Counted from the first letter of the stretch, positions 28,377 through 38,153 are shown. The stretch is DNA of 64,000 nt from Gammaproteobacteria bacterium (GCA_965222615.1 CBDCUI010000008.1:192001-256000), one strand, 5' to 3'. Notes: generated by a model from the letters alone, not told the origin. Translations and numbers: made by a program.

Positions 28377-29417
28377 ATGCGTCCAGCACATTTATTAGTT
28401 GTTCTAGAAAAAGAATTTCAAGGCGCAGCTTCGGGTCAACACACTCCAGTAATGCTATGGGGTCCGCCAGGTGTGGGTAAGTCGCAGATGGTCTCGCAAG
28501 TTGCGCAGAAAAATAATGTCGAAGTAATTGATATTCGATTATCGCAAATGGAGCCTAGTGATTTACGTGGTATCCCTTTTCGTGAAAATGATTCTGTTGA
28601 GTGGGCAATACCTGCGATGTTGCCTAATATAAAACGTCATGGCGAATCAGGGATTCTTTTTTTAGATGAAATTACTTCTGCAGCACCAAGTGTCTCGGCA
28701 GCGGCTTATCAACTTATCCTTGATCGTCGTTTAGGGCAGTATGAAGTACCCAATGGTTGGGCTATTTTTGCTGCGGGAAATCGACAAGGAGACCGTGGCG
28801 TTACTTATACTATGCCCGCACCTTTAGCGAATCGCTTTTCGCATTTCGAAGTAGATATAAATTTAGATGATTGGGTGGCTTGGGCTTACGCCAATCAAGT
28901 TGATGAGAGAATTATCGCCTTTTTACGTTTTCGCCCTGATTTATTATTTGATTTTGATCCCGCACATAATCCAATTGCTTTTCCTTCACCACGTTCTTGG
29001 GAATTTGCTCATCGTGCCTTACAAAAGTTTTTAGAAAGACCAGATTTGTTAATTGGAGCACTGCAAGCTTGTGTTGGTCCGGCTGCTGGCGTGGAATTGA
29101 ATGCATTTATCTCTAACTTAGATCAAATGCCGGATCTTGAAGCGATTGTACGAGGTGACGATATCGCAGCACCAAAAGAAATTGATTTGCAATACGCAGT
29201 CGCCACGGCATTAGTCGGTCATGCGATCCGGGCCAAAAAATCATCTGATCCTTTTAAAGTACAAGGCAATATTCTGAATTATGCAAACAAATTCCCGCAG
29301 CGCGAAATGGGGGTAATGATGGTGTCGGACATGCACCGTGCTATTGGTGAAGATTTATTTAGTTTGCCTGAATTTGCGAAGTGGGCAGATAAAATTGCCG
29401 ATATCATGATCTATTGA
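28377..29417 (+). CDS. MoxR-like AAA+ ATPase
   Basis: Walker A GPPGVGKS, Walker B LFLDE, LANRF, SPRSW. Confidence 0.92.
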   Translation: MRPAHLLVVLEKEFQGAASGQHTPVMLWGPPGVGKSQMVSQVAQKNNVEVIDIRLSQMEPSDLRGIPFRENDSVEWAIPAMLPNIKRHGESGILFLDEITSAAPSVSAAAYQLILDRRLGQYEVPNGWAIFAAGNRQGDRGVTYTMPAPLANRFSHFEVDINLDDWVAWAYANQVDERIIAFLRFRPDLLFDFDPAHNPIAFPSPRSWEFAHRALQKFLERPDLLIGALQACVGPAAGVELNAFISNLDQMPDLEAIVRGDDIAAPKEIDLQYAVATALVGHAIRAKKSSDPFKVQGNILNYANKFPQREMGVMMVSDMHRAIGEDLFSLPEFAKWADKIADIMIY

Positions 29418-29420
29418 AGC

Positions 29421-29545
29421 AGGTAACTCTAATTTATCCTGATACTTTGTTAAAAAAATGTTTAAAGATACTCATTTACTAGTTTGTAAACTCCGCTCTT
29501 TAAACATTTTTTTGCCTCGTTTCAAAATAAATTAGAGCTACTTTA
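29421..29545. repeat. ERIC/RPE-like element (copy J)
   Basis: IR aggtaactctaatttat / ataaattagagctactt; core ctca-tttac-tagttt-gtaaa-ctcc. Confidence 0.85.
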
Positions 29546-29626
29546 AGTTTGTTAGAAAGTATCAGGAGTGTTTTATTTTATTTCAAAACGAGTAGTGGCT
29601 TTGTTAGAAGTTATCATTGAGTCTAA

Positions 29627-30853
29627 ATGACCGATTCGGATATTCAAAACAAACTTGCAGCAGCGAGAACGCGGTTAATTTTAGACAAACCTTTTTTAGG
29701 CGCGCTTGTTTTACGCTTACCATTAGTTGCAGCGGATCCTAAGTGGTGTAAGACGGCAGCCACCGATGCAAAAAAGCTTTTTTATAATCAAGACTATATT
29801 GACGCACTTGATATCCAAGAAACTCAATTTGTAGTAGCCAAACAAGCGCTACATTGCGCACTTTCTCATTTCGCACGAAAACAACATCGAATTAAACAAC
29901 GTTGGGAATTGGCATGTGATTATGCAGTAAACCCACTTTTAATTAACGATGGGCTAAAAGCTCCTCCTGGAACTCTGATGGATGAAAAATTTGAGGGGAT
30001 GACTGCAGAGGAGATCTATCACTATATCGATGAGTTCGATAATGAAGATTCTGATTTTGATAAACAAAACCAAGATGATGACGAAACTCATGACCCCACG
30101 CAAAGGGAAGGCGATAAAGATGAAGATCAACAAACACAGAATTCATCAGTAGTAAATCCAAGTTTAGATATTGATGAGCAGCAAGATCTCGCTCCACGGC
30201 CAGCGGATCTATCACCGCAAGAACAAGAACAACTAGCCATTCAATGGCAGCAACGTTTAGCGGGAGCGGCACAACAGGCTATGCAGGCAGGTAAGTTGGG
30301 GGGCTCCATGGCACGTATGGTAGATTTCATGCTGCAACCAAAATTACCTTGGCGTATGTTGTTGGCAAAATACATGACAGCGAGCGCACGCGATGATTAT
30401 AGTTATTCAAGACCGTCTTCGCGTCGTGGTGACCCTGCAATTTTTCCAAGTTTGCGCAGTGCACAAATTAATATTGCGGTTGGAATTGATATTAGTGGTT
30501 CAGTAGACGATAAAGAAATAAATGAATTTATTTCAGAAGTCGATGCGATCAAAGGCAATGTGCGTGCACGAATTACTTTATTACCTTGTGATGCAGCGCT
30601 TGCTAAAGGGGCGCCATGGATATTTGAGCCGTGGGAAGAAATTGAGTTGCCAAGCGATTTTAAAGGTGGAGGTGGCACTAATTTTTGCCCGGTGTTTGAA
30701 TGGTTAGATACACAAGATCAATATCCAGATCTGTTAGTGTATTTTACTGATTGCCTAGGAACATTTCCTGACGTTACACCCAGTTACCCCGTTATTTGGT
30801 TAGTGAAAGGGAAAGAAGGTCCCCCATGGGGACAACGCATCCAACTCAATTAA
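29627..30853 (+). CDS. DUF2201-type metallopeptidase-like plus VWA domain protein
   Basis: TAATD, ACDYAVN, acidic linker, MIDAS DISGS, GGGGTNF, YFTD; the HExxH position reads KQALH. Confidence 0.88.
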   Translation: MTDSDIQNKLAAARTRLILDKPFLGALVLRLPLVAADPKWCKTAATDAKKLFYNQDYIDALDIQETQFVVAKQALHCALSHFARKQHRIKQRWELACDYAVNPLLINDGLKAPPGTLMDEKFEGMTAEEIYHYIDEFDNEDSDFDKQNQDDDETHDPTQREGDKDEDQQTQNSSVVNPSLDIDEQQDLAPRPADLSPQEQEQLAIQWQQRLAGAAQQAMQAGKLGGSMARMVDFMLQPKLPWRMLLAKYMTASARDDYSYSRPSSRRGDPAIFPSLRSAQINIAVGIDISGSVDDKEINEFISEVDAIKGNVRARITLLPCDAALAKGAPWIFEPWEEIELPSDFKGGGGTNFCPVFEWLDTQDQYPDLLVYFTDCLGTFPDVTPSYPVIWLVKGKEGPPWGQRIQLN

Positions 30854-30974
30854 TGAAACTCTGATTACTGAATATACTTCGTTAAAAAATATCTCAAAAT
30901 GCTCATGTATGTTCATATACACTGCGCTTTTTCAATATTTTTTGCCTTGCCTATTCAATAATCAGAGCTTCTTA
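30851..30974. repeat. ERIC/RPE-like element (copy K)
   Basis: IR gaaactctgattactgaata / tattcaataatcagagcttc; core ctca-tgtat-gttcat-ataca-ctgc; starts with the TAA stop. Confidence 0.85.
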
Positions 30975-31020
30975 GAAATCCGTGTGAAGAATATGTCTGA
31001 TAAATTTTCGATAAAATAAA

Positions 31021-32130
31021 ATGCAGTTATCGAGTGAAGATCAATTGCGACTCAATGTTTTAGTTGCACAACCTTTGCAAGCTGTACGTATTGATGAGTC
31101 GCGTATGTGTGTACATGCTCTGTCTGAAAAAGGTGAGGCAACAATACAGCTCAACCCGACTTGTAAAGATGAAAAATATGTTCGTCTTATTCGACAATTT
31201 TTGTCTACACATTACTTGGGGTCGCCTGGAGGCTACCCGGTTTTTTTAAGACGTTGGACACGAATGGGTCAAGCGCGTGATGATAGTTTAGAAAAACTGT
31301 TACTCATTGGTGAACCCGAAGCAGTTGCAGCAGTTGTTCATGCATCTGGTCTTACTGATGAATTAGCACGTCGTGCATGGTGGTCTGGTGAAAATGCAGA
31401 AAATGCGCGACGCATGCTAGAAAAAGAAAATGTAGTCATTGGCAATATGGGGAAACAACTTGCACAATTTCTAGTGGAGTTTTTGCCATTTGAAGAACAG
31501 CAAAAAGCAATCATAGATAGTGTACGTTTAGTATTGCAGCCTGGATTAATCGACGATGAAATGCGCAATGATCTTTGGCAGCGAGCCAAGCGTAAAAATT
31601 CATACTATGTTGGTTTCTTGCAACAAACGCCCCATGATTTGCCACTAGAAACAAAGCCGCATAAAAAGTGGAAGGATCTATCTAGCGCTTTACAAGTCGA
31701 GGTTGAACAGGGAAATGAAGTGGCAAAACTAATCTGCCAGATATTCAGTGCTTCGGGCCAAGCCTATTTACAAACCATTGAATTAGTGTTGAATAAACCA
31801 AATGATCAAGATGTTGTAGTAGAAACACTGAATACGATTGGAGACTATTTTAAGAAAATAAATAAAAAAGCATCCAAATGGCGAGATATGCAATCCTTAT
31901 TTAATTATGCGGACGAGGTATATGCAAAAAGTTCAGAGTCTGAAAAAATCCTAGTCATTGATTCATCTTTGGAATTGCAACTTAAAGCGTTAATTTATTT
32001 ATCGATGGTAAATGAAACTTTAGTGGATCCTATTTTTGGGATCACCGATGCAATTGGATCTGTAATGAGAAAAAGAATTGAACCGGTAACCAAGCCGATT
32101 ATTGATTATTTAAGGGTACTGCAAACCTAG
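31021..32130 (+). CDS. dsrS: DsrS
   Basis: MQLSSEDQLRLNVL...AVRIDES, LGSPGGYPVFLRRWTRMGQ, TDAIGSVMRK. Confidence 0.85.
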   Translation: MQLSSEDQLRLNVLVAQPLQAVRIDESRMCVHALSEKGEATIQLNPTCKDEKYVRLIRQFLSTHYLGSPGGYPVFLRRWTRMGQARDDSLEKLLLIGEPEAVAAVVHASGLTDELARRAWWSGENAENARRMLEKENVVIGNMGKQLAQFLVEFLPFEEQQKAIIDSVRLVLQPGLIDDEMRNDLWQRAKRKNSYYVGFLQQTPHDLPLETKPHKKWKDLSSALQVEVEQGNEVAKLICQIFSASGQAYLQTIELVLNKPNDQDVVVETLNTIGDYFKKINKKASKWRDMQSLFNYADEVYAKSSESEKILVIDSSLELQLKALIYLSMVNETLVDPIFGITDAIGSVMRKRIEPVTKPIIDYLRVLQT

Positions 32131-32145
32131 TAAAGAAATATTATT

Positions 32146-33579
32146 GTGGATTTTCTTCCTCTATTTCTAGATATAAAAAATAAACCATGCCTAATTGTTG
32201 GTGGTGGGGCTATTGCTGAACGCAAGGTATCTATTTTGAAACGAGCGCAAGCAAAAATTACAATTATCGCACCTGAAATCACACAAGAACTACAACGCAG
32301 AGTAGACAGCAATAGTATTTCTTGGCAGCAAAAAAGCTTTGTAGAGGATGATTTATTAGACTACCAACTCGTAATGGCGGCTACGGATAATCGTGATGTC
32401 AATGCTGAAATAGCAATGCTTTGTCGACAAAAAAATATTTTAGTGAATGCAGCAGATGATGCCAAAAATTGTGATTTCATTTTGCCATCTATTATTGATC
32501 GTTCTCCAGTACAGATTGCAGTATCAACAGGTGGCGCATCGCCGGTATTGGCTAGAATGTTACGTACAAAGTTGGAAAACTGTACGCCTGCAGCATATGG
32601 GGCACTTGCAAAATTGATTGAAGATAATCGAGTGAGGGTAAAAGAAAAATTTGCTAGTGTTAATCAAAGAAGAAAATTTTGGGAGCAAGTGCTACAAGGC
32701 CCAATCGCAGAGTTAGTATTTGCCAATCAAATAGATGCTGCGCAAAAATTGTTAGCAGAAAATATTCAACTTGCTGACAAAAATGAAATTTCACAAGGTG
32801 AAGTGTATTTAGTCGGTGCCGGTCCAGGGGATCCAGACTTGTTGACTTTTCGAGCTTTACGTTTAATGCAGCAAGCGGATGTGGTGGTCTACGACAGGTT
32901 GGTTTCACAACAAATTATGGATTTAGTACGTAAAGATGCTGAACAAATTTATGCGGGTAAGGAACGTTCTCAACATACTTTGCCACAAGAAACCATAAAT
33001 GAGCTTTTAGTGCGTCTTGCTAAAGAAGGAAAACGCGTATTGCGTCTAAAAGGTGGCGATCCATTTATCTTTGGACGAGGAGGCGAAGAGATTGCCACAC
33101 TTATCGATGAGCAAATTCCATTTCAAGTTGTTCCAGGTATTACTGCCGCGACAGGTTGTGCCGCCTATTCAGGCATACCTCTTACACATCGTGATTATTC
33201 TCAAGCCGCCATTTTTGCAACCGGCCATTTGCGAGACGGCACGGTAGATTTGAATTGGGAGATGCTTGCACATAGTAACCAAACTCTAGTTTTCTACATG
33301 GGGTTGCAAGGATTAGAGAATATTTGTGAAAACCTAAACAAGCATGGACTAGATGCGACAACTCCTGCAGCATTGATTATGCAAGGAACAACTACCAATC
33401 AAAAAGTAATTATTGGAAATTTGAATACCTTGCCGAAATTAGTGCAGCAACATCATGTTAAACCACCTACATTAGTCATTATCGGTGCTGTAGTACAACT
33501 ACATAAGAAATTACACTGGTTTAATCCCGAAGAAGACGTGACGGCAGGAGCAGTGAAGTCATTTGGAGCAAAACTTTAA
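32146..33579 (+). CDS. cysG: Siroheme synthase
   Basis: MDFLPLF, VGGGAIAERK, VGAGPGDPDLLT, RLKGGDPFIFGRGGEE. Confidence 0.96.
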   Translation: MDFLPLFLDIKNKPCLIVGGGAIAERKVSILKRAQAKITIIAPEITQELQRRVDSNSISWQQKSFVEDDLLDYQLVMAATDNRDVNAEIAMLCRQKNILVNAADDAKNCDFILPSIIDRSPVQIAVSTGGASPVLARMLRTKLENCTPAAYGALAKLIEDNRVRVKEKFASVNQRRKFWEQVLQGPIAELVFANQIDAAQKLLAENIQLADKNEISQGEVYLVGAGPGDPDLLTFRALRLMQQADVVVYDRLVSQQIMDLVRKDAEQIYAGKERSQHTLPQETINELLVRLAKEGKRVLRLKGGDPFIFGRGGEEIATLIDEQIPFQVVPGITAATGCAAYSGIPLTHRDYSQAAIFATGHLRDGTVDLNWEMLAHSNQTLVFYMGLQGLENICENLNKHGLDATTPAALIMQGTTTNQKVIIGNLNTLPKLVQQHHVKPPTLVIIGAVVQLHKKLHWFNPEEDVTAGAVKSFGAKL

Positions 33580-33612
33580 AGAAGCTCTGGTTTATTAATG
33601 AAATGGTTGTAG
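33577..33612. repeat. Terminal fragment of the palindromic element (copy L)
   Basis: taaagaagctctggtttattaatgaaatggttg closely matches the reverse complement of the right arm of copy I; starts at the cysG TAA. Confidence 0.6.
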
Positions 33613-33719
33613 GGTCGTGTATTACGTGATTAACCGTTTCACGCAAGGGTGCAAGTAATGAGTTGGACGTAGTTGATTATCGCGGTTCTATTTATAAGTT
33701 GGTACAGTGAATAGTGCTT

Positions 33720-34256
33720 ATGGAAATAAAATTTTGGGTATTAATTATATTTACTTCATTGATGGGAATATTTAGCGACACGAACGCATCTGAGCTTGAA
33801 GTAGGTTCAACGGCTCCTGAATTTGAATTATTGGATCAGACGGAAACTACTCATGCTTTATCGAACTACAGAGGGAAATGGGTAGTGGTGTATTTCTATC
33901 CAAAAGACGATACACCAGGATGTACTAAAGAAGCGTGTGAGTTTCGTGATGATATTGTAATCTTACAAAGCCTAAACACCCAAGTTTTCGGTATTAGTGT
34001 TGATAGCACAAATAGCCACGCAAAATTTGCTAAAAAATATAGTCTGCAATTTCCCCTATTGGCCGATACGGAAGGCAAAATTGCGAAAAGTTACGGCGCC
34101 TTAACAAAAGTGGGTCCACTAAAATTTGCTAAGCGACATACTTTTATCGTCGATCCAAATGGGAATTTGGCCAAAATATACCGTAGTGTAAAACCGGCTA
34201 CTCATAGCGATGAGGTCATCGCAGCTATTAAAGATTTACAGCAAACACAAGAATAA
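33720..34256 (+). CDS. BCP/PrxQ peroxiredoxin with N-terminal signal peptide
   Basis: YFYPKDDTPGCTKEAC; hydrophobic N-terminus. Confidence 0.9.
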   Translation: MEIKFWVLIIFTSLMGIFSDTNASELEVGSTAPEFELLDQTETTHALSNYRGKWVVVYFYPKDDTPGCTKEACEFRDDIVILQSLNTQVFGISVDSTNSHAKFAKKYSLQFPLLADTEGKIAKSYGALTKVGPLKFAKRHTFIVDPNGNLAKIYRSVKPATHSDEVIAAIKDLQQTQE

Positions 34257-34281
34257 ATCTGTTACTATTCTTTTTTAATTC

Positions 34282-34617
34282 GCTGAAGGTGTCCTTGGCT
34301 TAGATGGAATCTATGTGCAAGGGTGAAACTGGGAAGTCTGTGTGGATCAGGCGCTGCCCCCGCAACGGTGATTGAGTGATTAGAGAACACTGATTTACGT
34401 TGATACAGCGTTAAAAAATATCTCAAAATGCTCATGTATGTACATATACACTGCGCTTTTTCGATATTTTTCGCCTCGTCTCAACGATAAATCAATGCCC
34501 CCCTTGTGTTCCTTTGAAGTAAGCTTAAAAACCACTGTACCTAGAGTATGGGAAGGTAGCTTACTTAGTTATATTTTTTAAATGTAACGCTCATCAGCCC
34601 GGAGACCGGCCTTTAGT
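34282..34617 (+). promoter_or_regulatory. Cobalamin riboswitch (with an internal repeat insertion)
   Basis: aaggtg...gggaa...gctgcccccgcaacggtga...ccactg...gggaagg...B12 box agcccggagaccggcc; downstream gttgcggcgggc is complementary to gcccccgcaac; precedes btuB. Confidence 0.92.
34381..34505. repeat. ERIC/RPE-like element inside the riboswitch (copy M)
   Basis: IR cactgatttacgttga / tcaacgataaatcaatg; interior nearly identical to copy K. Confidence 0.88.
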
Positions 34618-34740
34618 TGTTCCCTGAAAGGGGTTTAGTAGGGTTGCGGCGGGCGACTCAAGCTGAAGTCTAACTATGCAAGCGAATATGCTTGCGTGCT
34701 TCGCTGTGCACCTGCCAATCACAATAACAAGGTGTACAAA

Positions 34741-36528
34741 ATGAATTTTAAAATCCTATCAATATTAGTCATTTTATGTGCAAGTGGATTTGTGCATGCA
34801 TTAGATGAGGTAGTAGTAACACCATCAAGAAACGTACAATTAATAAACGAAGTCGTGCCTTCGGTAATTGTGATTGATCGAAAGACGATCGAGCGTAGTT
34901 ATGCTACCGATATTGCTGACCTATTGCGGTGGCATGCAGGCTTAGATATTGCTCGTACAGGCGGTTTTGGGCAACAGTCCTCGGTGTTTATTCGAGGCAC
35001 AAACAGTAATCATACCGCTGTGCTTATCAATGGTGTAAAAATGAATTCCGCAACGACAGGCGCGGCAGCATTGGAAATGATTAATCCCGCAGTAGTTGAG
35101 CGTATTGAAATCATCAAAGGTCCTCGTTCCACAGTCTATGGGTCAGAAGCGATTGGTGGTGTCATTAATATCATTACTTCTAACGAGAAACCAATAAATA
35201 GAGTTGCGATACATTTATCTAATGGCAGGTATTCAACTGAGGAACAAGGGGTAGATGTTGAATATGGAAATAATAATATAAGTAGTAACTTTTCATTTAA
35301 CCGCATTGATACCGATGGCTTTCCTGCAACCACGACATCTAATACTCGCCATGGGCACGATAACGACACATTTGATTTCAACCTGAGTACCACATTTGGG
35401 TTAACTGAACTTGAGATTGGTTATTGGCAGACGCAGGGAAATACAGAGTACGATGGATTTGGGGTCGACTTAGATCAAGATCGTAAAAATAATGTATTCA
35501 ATGTAGGAATGAATTTTATATTCTCAGAAAATTGGAAATCTATTTTTTCGATTTCCAAAACAAAAGATGAAATTCGTCAAAATCAATTTAATTTCTTGGG
35601 AGATGAGGATTTCGCACATACCGACCGGGTCATTTATGATTGGAAAAACGATATAACTTTAAATGATAATCATCTGACCTTAGGTATCTCTAAAACAGAC
35701 GAAGATACTAAGTCTTTATCCTTTGGAACAAGCTATAAGGAAAAAACCGATCTACATGCAATTTATTTACATGATCAGCTAATTAAAGACAAGCATAGTT
35801 TATTTACTTCAACACGGTATACAGATCATGAGGATTTTGATGAAACTATAACTTGGAACCTGGAATACGCTTATGCAGTTAGTGATCGTGCAAAACTACT
35901 CGCTAGCATAGGCACTGGCTTTCGGGCTCCAGATAGTAATGCGCGATTCGGATTCGGAGGTAATCCCAATTTGCGTGAAGAAACTTCACACACAATTGAA
36001 TTAGGAGTCAACTACGAGTTTAATCAAAATACTAAGGCATCCTTGCGAGCATATGAAAATAAAATTGAAGATTTAATTGAAACCATTTTGATTGATCCAG
36101 GTGCGTTCATTTTTGAAAATCGAAATGTGAATAATGCGCGTATACGTGGATTAGAATTTTCATTTCGGCATGCAGCCAAGCAATGGGATATTGATATAGC
36201 AGGAGTAATGCAAAATCCTCGCAATGAAACGGATGATTCACCATTGTTACGAAGAGCAAAACGATCGCTAAATGGTTCAATGAGATATAATCATGAACGC
36301 TATTATTTTGTTTTAAATGGATTATTGACCTCTGAGAGAAGAGATTTTGGCAACGAGGCTTTACCAGGTTATGGGTTAGTAAGCATCGTTGCTGGTGTTA
36401 CTTTCCCTAATGCAACCTTATCAATAAAGGCAGAAAATTTATTTGATAAGGACTACGAGCTAGCATCAGGATTTAATACACCCGGTCAATCAATTTTCGC
36501 AGAGTTACGCATCAAATTTACGGAATGA
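34741..36528 (+). CDS. btuB: TonB-dependent vitamin B12 receptor
   Basis: Signal peptide, TonB box DEVVVT, FIRGTNSNH, YGSEAIGGVINIIT; B12 riboswitch upstream. Confidence 0.9.
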   Translation: MNFKILSILVILCASGFVHALDEVVVTPSRNVQLINEVVPSVIVIDRKTIERSYATDIADLLRWHAGLDIARTGGFGQQSSVFIRGTNSNHTAVLINGVKMNSATTGAAALEMINPAVVERIEIIKGPRSTVYGSEAIGGVINIITSNEKPINRVAIHLSNGRYSTEEQGVDVEYGNNNISSNFSFNRIDTDGFPATTTSNTRHGHDNDTFDFNLSTTFGLTELEIGYWQTQGNTEYDGFGVDLDQDRKNNVFNVGMNFIFSENWKSIFSISKTKDEIRQNQFNFLGDEDFAHTDRVIYDWKNDITLNDNHLTLGISKTDEDTKSLSFGTSYKEKTDLHAIYLHDQLIKDKHSLFTSTRYTDHEDFDETITWNLEYAYAVSDRAKLLASIGTGFRAPDSNARFGFGGNPNLREETSHTIELGVNYEFNQNTKASLRAYENKIEDLIETILIDPGAFIFENRNVNNARIRGLEFSFRHAAKQWDIDIAGVMQNPRNETDDSPLLRRAKRSLNGSMRYNHERYYFVLNGLLTSERRDFGNEALPGYGLVSIVAGVTFPNATLSIKAENLFDKDYELASGFNTPGQSIFAELRIKFTE

Positions 36529-36547
36529 ATAATCAAGAAGTTTTAAA

Positions 36548-37096
36548 ATGACGTCGAATCGTCTTACAAAAATCCATACAAAAACTGGTGATCAAGGTGA
36601 AACTGGCTTATCAGGTGGTATGCGGGTACGTAAAGATTGCCCTGAGGTTCAAGCAATTGGGGATGTGGATGAGTTGAATTCGGTTATAGGTATGGTACTG
36701 GTTGATGACATGCCGAGTGAATTGAAATCAATCTTAGAGAATATACAGCATCAGTTATTCAATTTAGGGGCTGAGTTAAACAATCCCAAGCTAAGTTTAA
36801 TTTCAAAAGAGATGATTCTTCAGTTAGAGAAGTATCTAGATGGTTATAATGAAAATTTACCCCCGCTTAAAAACTTCATTCTTCCGGGAGGTGGTCATGC
36901 CGCTGCAACCTGTCACTTAGCCCGTGCGATATGTAGGCGCGCAGAGCGCAGTGTAGTTGCAATGACTTTGAGCAAAGAGATCAACCCAAATTTGCAAATA
37001 TATTTGAATCGTTTGTCAGATTTTTTATTTGTAGCATGCAGGGTGTTAGCAAGACATGTGGGCCGAGACGAAACACTTTGGTCAAGTGATCGTTAA
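36548..37096 (+). CDS. pduO: PduO-type ATP:cob(I)alamin adenosyltransferase
   Basis: KIHTKTGDQGETGL, GDVDELNS, RRAER, YLNRLSD. Confidence 0.92.
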   Translation: MTSNRLTKIHTKTGDQGETGLSGGMRVRKDCPEVQAIGDVDELNSVIGMVLVDDMPSELKSILENIQHQLFNLGAELNNPKLSLISKEMILQLEKYLDGYNENLPPLKNFILPGGGHAAATCHLARAICRRAERSVVAMTLSKEINPNLQIYLNRLSDFLFVACRVLARHVGRDETLWSSDR

Positions 37097-37113
37097 GTAT
37101 AAGGAGTATTTTT

Positions 37114-38019
37114 ATTCGTTTAGGGATTGATTTGGGTGGAACCAAGATTGAGCTCTTGGTGTTGAATAATCACGGTGAGGAGTTGTTACGCAAACGCATT
37201 CCAACACCGAGAGATAATTATGCAGAAATTATTAGCTCAATTACAGCGCTCATAAACAATGCTGAAGATGAATTAAATCAGAAATGTACTATCGGGATTT
37301 GTACTCCTGGTTCTTTATCCCCAAAAACAGGTTTATTACGGAACTCAAATACAGCTTGTCTCAATGGTCAAGCTTTTAAACAAGATTTAGAGCAGTCCAT
37401 AGAAAGAGAAGTATGTATTGCGAATGATGCTAATTGTTTTGCGTTATCGGAAGCTATAGATGGAGCCGCTAACAATGCTGCTGTAGTGTTTGGTGTGATC
37501 GTTGGAACCGGTACTGGTGGTGGAATTGTAGTAAATAAAAAAGTGTTAACAGGAATTAATGCCGTAACCGGTGAATGGGGACATAATCCTTTGCCATGGC
37601 CAGAGCCAGATGAACTTGAACTCACAAACTGTTGGTGTGGTCAGCAGGGGTGTATCGAAACTTTTCTATCCGGTCCTGGTTTGGAAAATGATTTTGAAAG
37701 AGTTACAGGTAAAAAATTAAGTGTCGAAAAAATTGTACTCTTAGCTTCACGAGGAGATGCCAATGCAGAGGCTGTCTTAGTTCGATATGAACATCGCATG
37801 GCTAGAAGTTTGGCGCATGTCATTAATGTTTTAGATCCTGAAGTAATTGTGTTAGGCGGTGGTCTATCCAAATTAGATCATTTGTATAGTAATGTCCCAA
37901 AATTATGGCAGCAGTGGATATTTTCTGATTCTGTGAGTACAGAATTGTTACCACCGGAATTTGGAGATGCGAGTGGAGTAAGAGGGGCGGCATGGCTTTG
38001 GGATCACGACATGGGATAA
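37114..38019 (+). CDS. mak: ROK-family sugar kinase (Mak-like fructokinase); probable ATT start
   Basis: (I)RLGIDLGGTK, NDANCFALSE, GEWGH, CWCGQQGCIE, GDASGVRGAAWL; AAGGAG 7 nt before ATT 37114. Confidence 0.88.
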   Translation: MRLGIDLGGTKIELLVLNNHGEELLRKRIPTPRDNYAEIISSITALINNAEDELNQKCTIGICTPGSLSPKTGLLRNSNTACLNGQAFKQDLEQSIEREVCIANDANCFALSEAIDGAANNAAVVFGVIVGTGTGGGIVVNKKVLTGINAVTGEWGHNPLPWPEPDELELTNCWCGQQGCIETFLSGPGLENDFERVTGKKLSVEKIVLLASRGDANAEAVLVRYEHRMARSLAHVINVLDPEVIVLGGGLSKLDHLYSNVPKLWQQWIFSDSVSTELLPPEFGDASGVRGAAWLWDHDMG

Positions 38020-38153
38020 TCGCCAGCCCTAGGTATTAGGACGATTTCTCTCGTTAAGCATTGGCTCTAATCTCTAAAACCCTACAAAAACTAGTTTAAT
38101 GGCTATATTTTCTCCCATCTGTCGTAAAAAACATCAATAAAATCAGGGGACAA

